The position numbers were made by a program, and so were the translations under genes. Shown one piece after another: positions 9,844 to 17,645 of a stretch of DNA of 64,000 nt. Every line of letters starts with the position of its first letter. Position 1 is the stretch's first letter. Under the pieces are notes generated by a model. That model had not been told where the DNA came from. It ran no database searches and worked only from the letters and a program-made list of their open reading frames with translations. This stretch comes from an uncultured Christensenellaceae bacterium (GTDB lineage Bacteria; Bacillota; Clostridia; Christensenellales; UBA3700), in contig CALWHF010000004.1 in assembly GCA_944380305.1 (NCBI GenBank), positions 42,844-106,843 on the forward strand, read 5' to 3'.

Positions 9844-10455
9844 ATGATAATCAAAAACGCGAAATTCGTGACGTCGAAAGCGTCTTTTACCAAGGGCGAC
9901 GGTTTCGGTGTCGACGAGATAGCGATTGCAGGCAAGTCCAACGTGGGCAAGAGTTCGTTTATCAATTTCCTTGCCAATCACAACGGTCTTGCAAAGACTT
10001 CTTCCACGCCCGGTAAAACCAAGCTGATAAACTATTTCTCGGTAAACAACAACGAGTTTATGCTCGTCGATCTTCCCGGCTACGGATTTGCGAAAGTGGG
10101 GGAGGAAGAAAAACGCAAGTGGGACAAGATGATAGGCAGCTATCTGACGCTCAGTGAAAGATTGAAAGGGGTCGTAGTGCTGGTCGACGTGCGTCACGAG
10201 CCGACCGCTCTCGACAAGCAGATGATAGCTTATCTTCATCATTACGGCATTCCGTTTTTCGTCGTCGCTACCAAAAGCGACAAACTTTCCAAAGCGCAGA
10301 CAGCGAGACAAAAGAGCGTTATCGCAGCATCTCTTTGCCTCGGCGTCGGCGATATACTGACCGTTTCCGCTCTGAAAAAAGAGGGGAAAGAGGCGGTCCT
10401 CGAAAAAATAGAGAACTTGCTTAAATTTATTCCCGATATTGATGAAACAGAATAA
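9844..10455 (+). CDS. engB: Ribosome biogenesis GTPase EngB/YsxC
   Basis: GKSNVGKSS (G1), DLPGYG (G3) and TKSDK (G4) motifs. Located downstream of clpX, as in Bacillus. Confidence 0.9.
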   Translation: MIIKNAKFVTSKASFTKGDGFGVDEIAIAGKSNVGKSSFINFLANHNGLAKTSSTPGKTKLINYFSVNNNEFMLVDLPGYGFAKVGEEEKRKWDKMIGSYLTLSERLKGVVVLVDVRHEPTALDKQMIAYLHHYGIPFFVVATKSDKLSKAQTARQKSVIAASLCLGVGDILTVSALKKEGKEAVLEKIENLLKFIPDIDETE

Positions 10456-10525
10456 ATACGGCTGGATATAACTATTTTTTGCGCTAATTTAGAATATTTT
10501 CAGGTTGTTTTATAACAGATTTGTG

Positions 10526-10553
10526 ACATTATTTCGCTTTTTCGCATATATTT
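10526..10553 (+). promoter_or_regulatory. Possible sigma-K-type sporulation promoter upstream of the Cys-rich ORF
   Basis: AC (10526-10527), 17-nt spacer, CATATATTT (10545-10553). The remembered consensus is AC-N16/17-CATAnnnTA, so the last base mismatches. Confidence 0.3.
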
Positions 10554-10613
10554 TTATAGCGATTGCATCAAGGCTTTCGGCTTTGTGCAGTCATATAAAA
10601 GGAGGAGTACATA

Positions 10614-11288
10614 ATGTCATTTTCAAATAATTGCAAATCTGAAAGGATACCGGGACCGATAAGAGGAAACGCTCTTTCCGGAATTTGCGAAAAGACTTGC
10701 ATACAGGCAGAAAAGGTTTTCGACGCGTGCATGAGTCAGAGCTCCATGTCCGATCTGCAGCTCACCGTCACGGACGTTACGCCGACCGATCTTACCGCTC
10801 CGTATAAGTTTGTCAGCGCAAAGTCCTCTTCGACCGCGGCGCAGATAACCGATCTGACCGTGACGGATATACCCGAGGACAGCTGCTACGCGAGGGTGAC
10901 CTGCAATGTTCAGATACCCGTGACGGTCACTTTTACCGACGCGAACGGCAAGACCGGTACGGGCATCGCTACCGTCACCGTGCCGAAAGACGTGATACTG
11001 CACGTTTCCACGCCCAGCGTGATTCCGTATTCGATACAGGCGACCGTCGGATTCGTGGCATCGCAGGGCAGCTATACCGCGGACGATCAGTTTACTGTGA
11101 CAGGCTGTGCGACCGTTATACTCAAGGTGACAATGCCTGTGGATCTTCTCGTGCCCAGCTACGGATATTGCTATATCCCGCCGTGCAGAGAATACACTCA
11201 GCAGGTATGCGAGGGCGTTTTCGATCTTCCGCTGTATCCGCAGGAGTGCGGCGAGGATTGCAGATGCGGCTCTCGTCTCAAAGGCTGA
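10614..11288 (+). CDS. Hypothetical Cys-rich, beta-rich protein (candidate spore coat or outer-layer structural protein)
   Basis: 224 aa with a strong AAAGGAGGA Shine-Dalgarno. Has 13 Cys clustered at both termini, a T/V-rich middle, and no signal peptide or TM helix. I do not recognise a family. Confidence 0.6.
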   Translation: MSFSNNCKSERIPGPIRGNALSGICEKTCIQAEKVFDACMSQSSMSDLQLTVTDVTPTDLTAPYKFVSAKSSSTAAQITDLTVTDIPEDSCYARVTCNVQIPVTVTFTDANGKTGTGIATVTVPKDVILHVSTPSVIPYSIQATVGFVASQGSYTADDQFTVTGCATVILKVTMPVDLLVPSYGYCYIPPCREYTQQVCEGVFDLPLYPQECGEDCRCGSRLKG

Positions 11289-11309
11289 AAAACTCGGCAA
11301 CGTGCGTCT

Positions 11310-11347
11310 GAGGCGGCGAGTCCGCTTCATACGCGCGTATTTTTTTT
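11310..11347 (+). terminator. Probable terminator after the Cys-rich ORF
   Basis: GAGGCGG pairs with CCGCTTC around a 5-nt loop. The palindrome ATACGCGCGTAT and a T8 run (11340-11347) follow. Confidence 0.4.
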
Positions 11348-11686
11348 GCGTGCAAAATCGAGTTTGGATTAAATTTTTTGGATAGTTAAGTTCGGGTTTT
11401 CGTTTTACTTTTGAAAGGGCGGGGTGTTTCTTATAATGCTTTTGCCTTTGGGTGTAGACGTGCTTTGTGCTTGATATATATTTTTTTGCGGACAAGCGGC
11501 GTTATTTCGTGAATTTATTGTTTATACGGCTTTTCAGGTACTTTGAGATTTTTTATTTTATCTGCGATTATTAATCAATGTCGTGTAAATGTTACGTTTT
11601 TGACCGTCGTGACCGTTTTTAAGCGGATTTTTCGTTTTTATCGCTAAAAGTTGATTGATTTGCCGTTTTGTTGATATAATGAACGT

Positions 11687-12406
11687 ATGAAAGTTTTTAG
11701 TATAAGTGATCTGCATCTCGGCAAACGCTGCGACAAGCCGATGGATATATTCGGTGACGGTTGGGGCGGATACTGGGACAATATACGGGAGGATTGGAGA
11801 AACCGCGTAGGAGAGGACGACGTTGTAGTGATCGCGGGAGATATATCCTGGGCAATGAAACTCGAGGATGCGTTGCCCGATATTGACGAGATCGCTGAAC
11901 TTCCCGGGAAGAAGGTGATTCTTCGCGGAAACCACGACTATTGGTGGCAGTCTTACGGCAAACTTACAGACGCGCTTCCGCCCGATATGTACGCCGTGCA
12001 GAACAATGCCGTCAGGATAGGGGATCTTCTCGTGTGCGGCAGCAGGTTGTGGAATCTCGGAGCGGGAGGCGAGCACGACAAAGCCATGATAAACAGGGAA
12101 GCCGTGAGGCTGAGACTTGCGCTGGAAGATGCGCGTCGTCAGAGAAAAGAGGGCGACAAGCTGGTCGTTGCCGTGCATTATCCTCCGTTTGACGCCTCGT
12201 TTGCCGATTCGTTATATACTGACATTATTGCCGAATACGATGCGGACGCCGTGGTTTACGGGCATCTTCACGGCAAAGACGTCAGAGTGAAAAGGTTGAT
12301 AAACAAAAACGGCGTAAACTATTATCTTACGTCGTGCGATCTCGTAGGGTATAAATTGGTGGAATTGCCCGAACCGAGCGATCGACGCCCTGGAGACTTG
12401 AAATAA
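11687..12406 (+). CDS. Calcineurin-like metallophosphoesterase
   Basis: SDLHLG, GDISW, RGNHDYW and GHLHG metal-ligand motifs appear in the canonical order. Confidence 0.8.
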   Translation: MKVFSISDLHLGKRCDKPMDIFGDGWGGYWDNIREDWRNRVGEDDVVVIAGDISWAMKLEDALPDIDEIAELPGKKVILRGNHDYWWQSYGKLTDALPPDMYAVQNNAVRIGDLLVCGSRLWNLGAGGEHDKAMINREAVRLRLALEDARRQRKEGDKLVVAVHYPPFDASFADSLYTDIIAEYDADAVVYGHLHGKDVRVKRLINKNGVNYYLTSCDLVGYKLVELPEPSDRRPGDLK

Positions 12407-12456
12407 TATCGGCTATCGGTTGCCGCGCTCGTTGCGGCTGAGTTCTTTCGGGTTTA

Positions 12457-12487
12457 GCGGCACGCTTATTTTGCGTGCCGTTTTTTG
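12457..12487 (+). terminator. Rho-independent terminator after the phosphoesterase gene
   Basis: GCGGCACGC pairs with GCGTGCCG, followed by T7. Confidence 0.75.
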
Positions 12488-13198
12488 TCTGTCCGTAAGG
12501 ATTGCGATAAAATGTGATGCTCCCGACGATTTGAAAATAACCGACGTGAGGGGAGAGTCGGTTTGACGGTATTTATATTGATATTTAGCGCGCGTATATA
12601 TAAAGCGCGCGACGACGTTTTTAGACTACGAAAAATTTTACGCAAAATTTTATCGTATATTGTCGTATTTCTTCTCTAATTAAAAGAAAATTTCCTTCGA
12701 AAGAATTTCGTCGATAAGTTATTATTATCCGATGTTAAAAGTCTGTTCTCTTTGAAACGATGCACACGGCTCGGTGTGGTGTTCGCCGTTTTTTTGAGGC
12801 TTTTTATTTTGTCGGGAAAAAGGGGGCGGGCATCTCAAACAGAACCGTGTTTGAAAATCGCTATGTCTTAAAACAGTGTCGGGTTTAGTGTTTCGGGAAA
12901 TTGAAAACGGCAAAAAACGTATCGGAAACGCAATGAAAAAGGGAGATTTTTCCACGACTTGGGAAGAATCGGGAAAGAGTTTGAGAGTGCTTCGACCGAT
13001 GCGCGGCAAGTGCGACAGAAAAAGAGAGGAAACCGTATTGTTTACGCTTTGAAAACGCGGATATTTATAAAAACAGACCGCTATACGGGCGTGTCGGCAT
13101 GATCGGGGAAGAGCGTTTGCCGACGTGGCTTTTTTACACCTGCAAACTGTTATAGGAGCAAAATTATGGGAAATTCATGGGCGAAATTTCCACAAAAT

Positions 13199-13288
13199 GT
13201 AACAATTAGTAAATAATAGTAAAACATAGTAAATATAAGTAAAAATATGCAGCTGACAAGCAAGTAAAAACAAGTAAATTTTAGTAAA
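13199..13288 (+). repeat. 10-bp-phased array of eight (A/T)AGTAA(A) boxes
   Basis: GTAA starts at 13199, 13209, 13219, 13229 and 13239 (exact 10-bp phase). Further starts at 13264, 13274 and 13284 are also in 10-bp phase but offset by half a helical turn. Confidence 0.8.
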
Positions 13289-13312
13289 GATCAAAAAATC
13301 ATTTAATGCGAA

Positions 13313-13346
13313 CAAGTGTTTACATTTGCAAGTGGAAATTTGTGGA
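13313..13346 (+). promoter_or_regulatory. Candidate MraZ operator (GTG[G/T] boxes abutting the -35)
   Basis: caAGTGTt (13313-13320), caAGTGGa (13329-13336) and ttTGTGGa (13339-13346). The last two are 10 bp apart. They resemble published MraZ direct-repeat boxes (TGGGN in E. coli, AAAGTG[T/G] in mollicutes). Confidence 0.4.
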
Positions 13347-13353
13347 GATAATC

Positions 13354-13382
13354 TTGACATTCCTTTTTATACACGATAAAAT
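13354..13382 (+). promoter_or_regulatory. Sigma-A promoter of the dcw cluster (Pmra)
   Basis: TTGACA (13354-13359), 17-nt spacer, TAAAAT (13377-13382). An AAAGGAGGT Shine-Dalgarno and the mraZ start follow. Confidence 0.55.
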
Positions 13383-13416
13383 AAAAGTACAAATTCAGCA
13401 AAGGAGGTAATGCGCC

Positions 13417-13872
13417 ATGATGATGTCAGGTATGATAACGCTTCAGGTCGACCCGAAGGGCAGACTCAGAATACCGTCTAAGTACAGACCGTCTCTCGGC
13501 GAAGAAGGCAGCAAGATCTACGCAATGATCAACAGCAACGGCTGTCTGAACATTATCTCTCAGGAAAAGGCAAACGGCATAATCTCAAAACTCTCGTCGG
13601 TCGTTTCGATCGCGGTCACCGAAAAGTCCACCGCGGCGCGTCTGATACTCAGCAGCGTATGCGAGCTCACCGAGGACGGACAGGGCAGATTCACTTTGCC
13701 GCCTATGCTGAAGAAGTTTGCGGGCATATCCAAAAACGTCGTTTTCGCAGGTATGGGCAATTCGCTCGAACTGTGGGACGCGGATAAGTGGGAGGCTCTG
13801 CACAGCATCGTCAACGATCCCGACGAATTCCGTGCGGCGGTCGCAAGTCTCGAGGACATACTCAGTATATGA
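13417..13872 (+). CDS. mraZ: Transcriptional regulator MraZ
   Basis: Two SpoVT/AbrB-like halves: DPKGRLRIPSKYR and DGQGRFTLPPMLKKFAGI. First gene of the dcw cluster. Start could be 13417, 13420 or 13423. Confidence 0.9.
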   Translation: MMMSGMITLQVDPKGRLRIPSKYRPSLGEEGSKIYAMINSNGCLNIISQEKANGIISKLSSVVSIAVTEKSTAARLILSSVCELTEDGQGRFTLPPMLKKFAGISKNVVFAGMGNSLELWDADKWEALHSIVNDPDEFRAAVASLEDILSI

Positions 13873-14804
13873 CTCAATTCGCTCACACTCCGGTAATGCC
13901 GACAGAAGTCATCGAAGGGCTGAACGTAAAGCCGGACGGCATCTATCTCGATTGTACACTCGGCGGAGGCGGGCACAGCGAGCTGATACTGAAGAAACTC
14001 ACGACGGGCAGGCTTATCGCGACGGACAAGGACGAAGATGCGATCGCGTTCGCGAAAGAAAGGCTGAAGGAGTACGGCGACAAGATCATTTTCGTACACA
14101 GCGATTTCAAGAGAGCGGACAAAGTGCTCGACGATTTGAACATTGACAGAATAGACGGCGTGTTGATGGATCTCGGGGTATCCTCGTACCAGCTGGACGC
14201 CGCGGAAAGAGGTTTTTCCTACCGCTTTGACGCTCCGCTCGACATGAGAATGGACAAGACGCAGTTTCTTACGGCGTTCAACGTGGTAAACGAGTACAAC
14301 GAAATGGATATTGCTGATATTCTTTTCAGGTACGGAGAGGAAAGATACGCGAGGAAGATAGCGGCGAACATAATCCGTTACAGAGGCGAGCAGTCGATAA
14401 GAACGACGGGTCAGCTTGCCGAGATAGTGGAGAAGTCGTATCCGCCGAAGGAGCGATTCAAAGGCGGCAATCCCTGCAAGCGTACCTTCCAGGCGATCAG
14501 GATCGAAGTCAACGAAGAGCTCAAGGAGCTGGACGAGATAATCGGAAAGCTGGCGGAAAGACTGAATAAGGGCGGAAGGATATGCGTGATAACCTTCCAC
14601 TCGCTGGAGGACAGGATAGTAAAGAGAGAATTTCAGTATCTCGAAGCGAAATGCATTTGTCCTCCGAAACAGCCGATATGCACATGCAACAAAGTGCAGA
14701 CGGTCAGGATAATTACGAAAAAACCGATTACGGCAAGCGAAGAGGAGCTTGCGGTCAACCCGAGAGCGCAGAGTGCGAAGCTCAGAGTCGCGGAAAGGGT
14801 ATGA
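13869..14804 (+). CDS. rsmH: 16S rRNA (cytosine1402-N4)-methyltransferase RsmH
   Basis: HTPVM, DCTLGGGGHS, DLGVSSYQLD and SFHSLEDRIVK-like motifs. ATGA overlap with mraZ. Confidence 0.92.
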   Translation: MTQFAHTPVMPTEVIEGLNVKPDGIYLDCTLGGGGHSELILKKLTTGRLIATDKDEDAIAFAKERLKEYGDKIIFVHSDFKRADKVLDDLNIDRIDGVLMDLGVSSYQLDAAERGFSYRFDAPLDMRMDKTQFLTAFNVVNEYNEMDIADILFRYGEERYARKIAANIIRYRGEQSIRTTGQLAEIVEKSYPPKERFKGGNPCKRTFQAIRIEVNEELKELDEIIGKLAERLNKGGRICVITFHSLEDRIVKREFQYLEAKCICPPKQPICTCNKVQTVRIITKKPITASEEELAVNPRAQSAKLRVAERV

Positions 14805-14829
14805 ATAAACGGACGTTGGGGTGAATAGT

Positions 14830-15516
14830 ATGTTGAAAGAAAGGGAATTCAGACAAGAGACGATCGAAAGACCTGTGGACAACAGGTTCGGCGCGGGCTA
14901 TGCTCAGAACGGCGGCTACGGCTACTATGACGAGCAGCAGGGCTACGACGCTTACGAAAGATCGTATGAGGACAGAGGTTACGGCAACGCGTATCAGCAG
15001 AACGCGTATTACGACACGGCGGTAAGAGAATACCCCCGCGAGGACTTCGCTCGTCCCGAGGCGTTCCCCCGTTACGACGACTACACCGCGACGCAGAACG
15101 CTCCCTATCAGGAATGGCAGAGAAGCGGTTTCGACAGAACCGACGCATACGATTTCAATGCGGGATTCGCGGCTCCGCAGGCAACGACCTTCGAGCACGT
15201 CGAATACGAAACGAAGAAACGCGCAAAGCGCACTCTCAACGCAAAATCAAAAATGCTTATTGCCGTTTACTTCGTACTTGTAGCGGTAATCGCATCGTTG
15301 ATAATCGCCAACGTAGTGGCGTTCGGCGGCGGCAGCGTAGAGGCGCAGGCACCTACCGAGGCGACTTACAACGAAGAGGCTCTCAACATGGCGGTCACCG
15401 CTGACGGAAGCATAGTAGAGATGTCTGAAGTCAGATACCTCGAAGGATACGAATACGAGACGAGCACCAACTGGTTCGACAGTTTCTGCGACTGGGTTGC
15501 GAACGTCTCAAAATAA
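14830..15516 (+). CDS. Bitopic membrane protein in the ftsL position of the dcw cluster
   Basis: 228 aa from ATG 14830, with a GGGGTG Shine-Dalgarno 8 nt upstream. ~140-aa Y/G/Q/N/D/E-rich cytoplasmic region, one TM helix (MLIAVYFVLVAVIASLIIANVVAF) and a ~65-aa external tail. No clear FtsL coiled coil. Confidence 0.65.
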   Translation: MLKEREFRQETIERPVDNRFGAGYAQNGGYGYYDEQQGYDAYERSYEDRGYGNAYQQNAYYDTAVREYPREDFARPEAFPRYDDYTATQNAPYQEWQRSGFDRTDAYDFNAGFAAPQATTFEHVEYETKKRAKRTLNAKSKMLIAVYFVLVAVIASLIIANVVAFGGGSVEAQAPTEATYNEEALNMAVTADGSIVEMSEVRYLEGYEYETSTNWFDSFCDWVANVSK

Positions 15517-15580
15517 GACGAAACGGACACTAATCAAACCCGTCGGATACTCGAGACGATAACAAGCGGAGGGGTATTCG

Positions 15581-17476
15581 ATGCACAAAATTTCCCATAT
15601 CACACTAAAAAGAAAGCTACCTGCGGTACTAGCCCTGGTAGTCTTTCTTTTTTTATTGCTTGCAGGCAGGCTTTTTTATATACAGATCATCGACGGGATC
15701 GGACTTCAGACGCTCGCGCTCGGTCAATGGATGCGCGATCTTCCTTTCAGGGCGGAAAGAGGTGACATCGTGGACCGCAACGGCACGGTACTCGCGTCGT
15801 CTCAGACGTCGTATACGGTATACGTCCGTCCCAACGACCTGAAAGAACACGACAAAGTCGCGAAAGCGATCGCGTCTGCAACGGGCGCGGGCTTTGACGA
15901 GGTGTATAAAAAGGTGATAAAGAGCGGCGTATCCGAGGTCAGAGTCGCGACGGGACTCACGAAAAACGAGATGCTTGCGGTTTCGGCATACGGTTTCGAC
16001 GGCGTGTATTTCGCCGAGGATGCGACCAGATATTACAATTACGGCAATTTCGCGACCCAGCTCCTCGGGTTCACAAACGCGGACGGCGTGGGACAGAGCG
16101 GCATCGAGCAATATTACGACGTTTATCTCAAGGGGACGGACGGCGCGTCATATACGCAGACAGACCTGATAGGCAGAGAGCTCGACGACAACGTGACGAG
16201 CTATCTCGCGCCGATAAAGGGAATGACGGCAAAGCTGACTATCGATTTCAAATTGCAGAGTTTTGCCGAAAAAGCGGTGAACGACGCTGTTCTGACCTAT
16301 TCTCCGAGGTCTGCGTCCTGCCTGATGATGAACGCGTATACCGGCGAGATACTTGCAATGGCGAGCGCGCCGACGTTCGATCTCAACGATATTCCGAGAA
16401 ATGACTTGTCGCTGCTGCTGGCGGGAGCGAAAAATCTGCTTGTCACCGACGTTTACGAGCCGGGTTCGACGTTCAAGATACTGACGTCAGCGATAGGGAT
16501 AGGGACGGGCGTGATCAAGGACAGCTATTATTGCCCGGGGTATAAGGTCGTGGACGGTCAGCGGATAAAGTGCTGGAGAAGCATAGGTCACGGCTCGCAG
16601 GACTTTGCGCACGGCATAATGAATTCGTGCAACTGCGTATTCATGGACATAGCTCTCAGCGCGGGAACGGCGACGATGTACGACTATTTCGAAAAATTCG
16701 GTTTGATGAGAAAGACGGGCGTGGACATATCGGGCGAAGGCAAGGGTATCCTTCTCGCCGAAGAGAGCGTCAAGACGGTGGACATCGCCCGCATAGGTTT
16801 CGGTCAGGCAATAGCGGTGACGCCGCTCCAGCTTGCGACGGCGGTAGCCTCTGTCATAAACGGCGGAAAACTCGTCACTCCGTACGTTCTCGACAGCATT
16901 TACAGCGAGGACGGCAAACTTGCATACAGAAACACGCCCGTCGTAGTGAACACAACGGTGTCGGAAAGCACTTCGGCGGCAATGCGCGAATATCTTTACG
17001 GCGTCGTCGAAGAGGGCGGCGGAAAAAACGCGTACGTCGAAGGTTACAGGATAGGAGGAAAGACGGGGACGGCTCAGAAATACAAGGACGGCGCGATAGA
17101 CCGCGGCGCGTACGTCTCTTCGTTCATCGGTTTCACCGAGATAAACGGGGAGAGGATATTGTGTCTGATGATTGTGGACGAACCGCAGGGATACGTTTAT
17201 TACGGCAGCATAGTCGCCGCGCCGTACGTCGGGCAGATATTCAGGAGCACTTTCGCGTATTACGACGTCGCGCCCGCTCTTGACGCGGACGACGTTCCGA
17301 AAAAAGTCGTGATGCCCGACATATACGGACTTTCAGCGACTGCCGCCTGTGCCGCGATGAGAGAAAAAGGGCTGACCTACGAAGTGGCGGGAGAGGGAAA
17401 CAAGGTCGTTTACCAGTTCCCCGCGGAGGGTGCCGAGATAGACGAAAACACGGTGGTTTATTTCATGCTGGGCTGA
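15581..17476 (+). CDS. Class B penicillin-binding protein (FtsI/PBP2B/SpoVD-like) with one C-terminal PASTA domain
   Basis: N-terminal TM anchor, STFK (EPGSTFKILT), SxN (MNSCNC) and KTGT motifs. The C-terminal ~60 aa are PASTA-like. Confidence 0.9.
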   Translation: MHKISHITLKRKLPAVLALVVFLFLLLAGRLFYIQIIDGIGLQTLALGQWMRDLPFRAERGDIVDRNGTVLASSQTSYTVYVRPNDLKEHDKVAKAIASATGAGFDEVYKKVIKSGVSEVRVATGLTKNEMLAVSAYGFDGVYFAEDATRYYNYGNFATQLLGFTNADGVGQSGIEQYYDVYLKGTDGASYTQTDLIGRELDDNVTSYLAPIKGMTAKLTIDFKLQSFAEKAVNDAVLTYSPRSASCLMMNAYTGEILAMASAPTFDLNDIPRNDLSLLLAGAKNLLVTDVYEPGSTFKILTSAIGIGTGVIKDSYYCPGYKVVDGQRIKCWRSIGHGSQDFAHGIMNSCNCVFMDIALSAGTATMYDYFEKFGLMRKTGVDISGEGKGILLAEESVKTVDIARIGFGQAIAVTPLQLATAVASVINGGKLVTPYVLDSIYSEDGKLAYRNTPVVVNTTVSESTSAAMREYLYGVVEEGGGKNAYVEGYRIGGKTGTAQKYKDGAIDRGAYVSSFIGFTEINGERILCLMIVDEPQGYVYYGSIVAAPYVGQIFRSTFAYYDVAPALDADDVPKKVVMPDIYGLSATAACAAMREKGLTYEVAGEGNKVVYQFPAEGAEIDENTVVYFMLG

Positions 17477-17645
17477 GCCGCGCAATCCGAGCTTTTGCGA
17501 CAAAGACGGATATTTTCCGCGCATGCGGCAATAATCGGCAAAAGAGATAATTGCGGTGTTTTGTCGCGAAAGCGCGAATTTCGCCTGAGCAGGCACGCGA
17601 CGCGCAAAATATTATATTATTTAGAAAACTGATCGGAGGGACACT

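Noticed and set aside
12725-13009. A 94-aa minus-strand ORF in the long gap upstream of mraZ.
   Set aside because: It has no Shine-Dalgarno, an implausible Pro/Phe/Arg-rich sequence, and is the only minus-strand ORF in a + strand block.
13199-13288. Whether the periodic AGTAAA repeats could be a CRISPR array or a minisatellite.
   Set aside because: The period is 10 bp with no spacer-sized unique segments and no nearby cas genes. It is far too short for CRISPR and fits a phased protein-binding or DNA-bending array.
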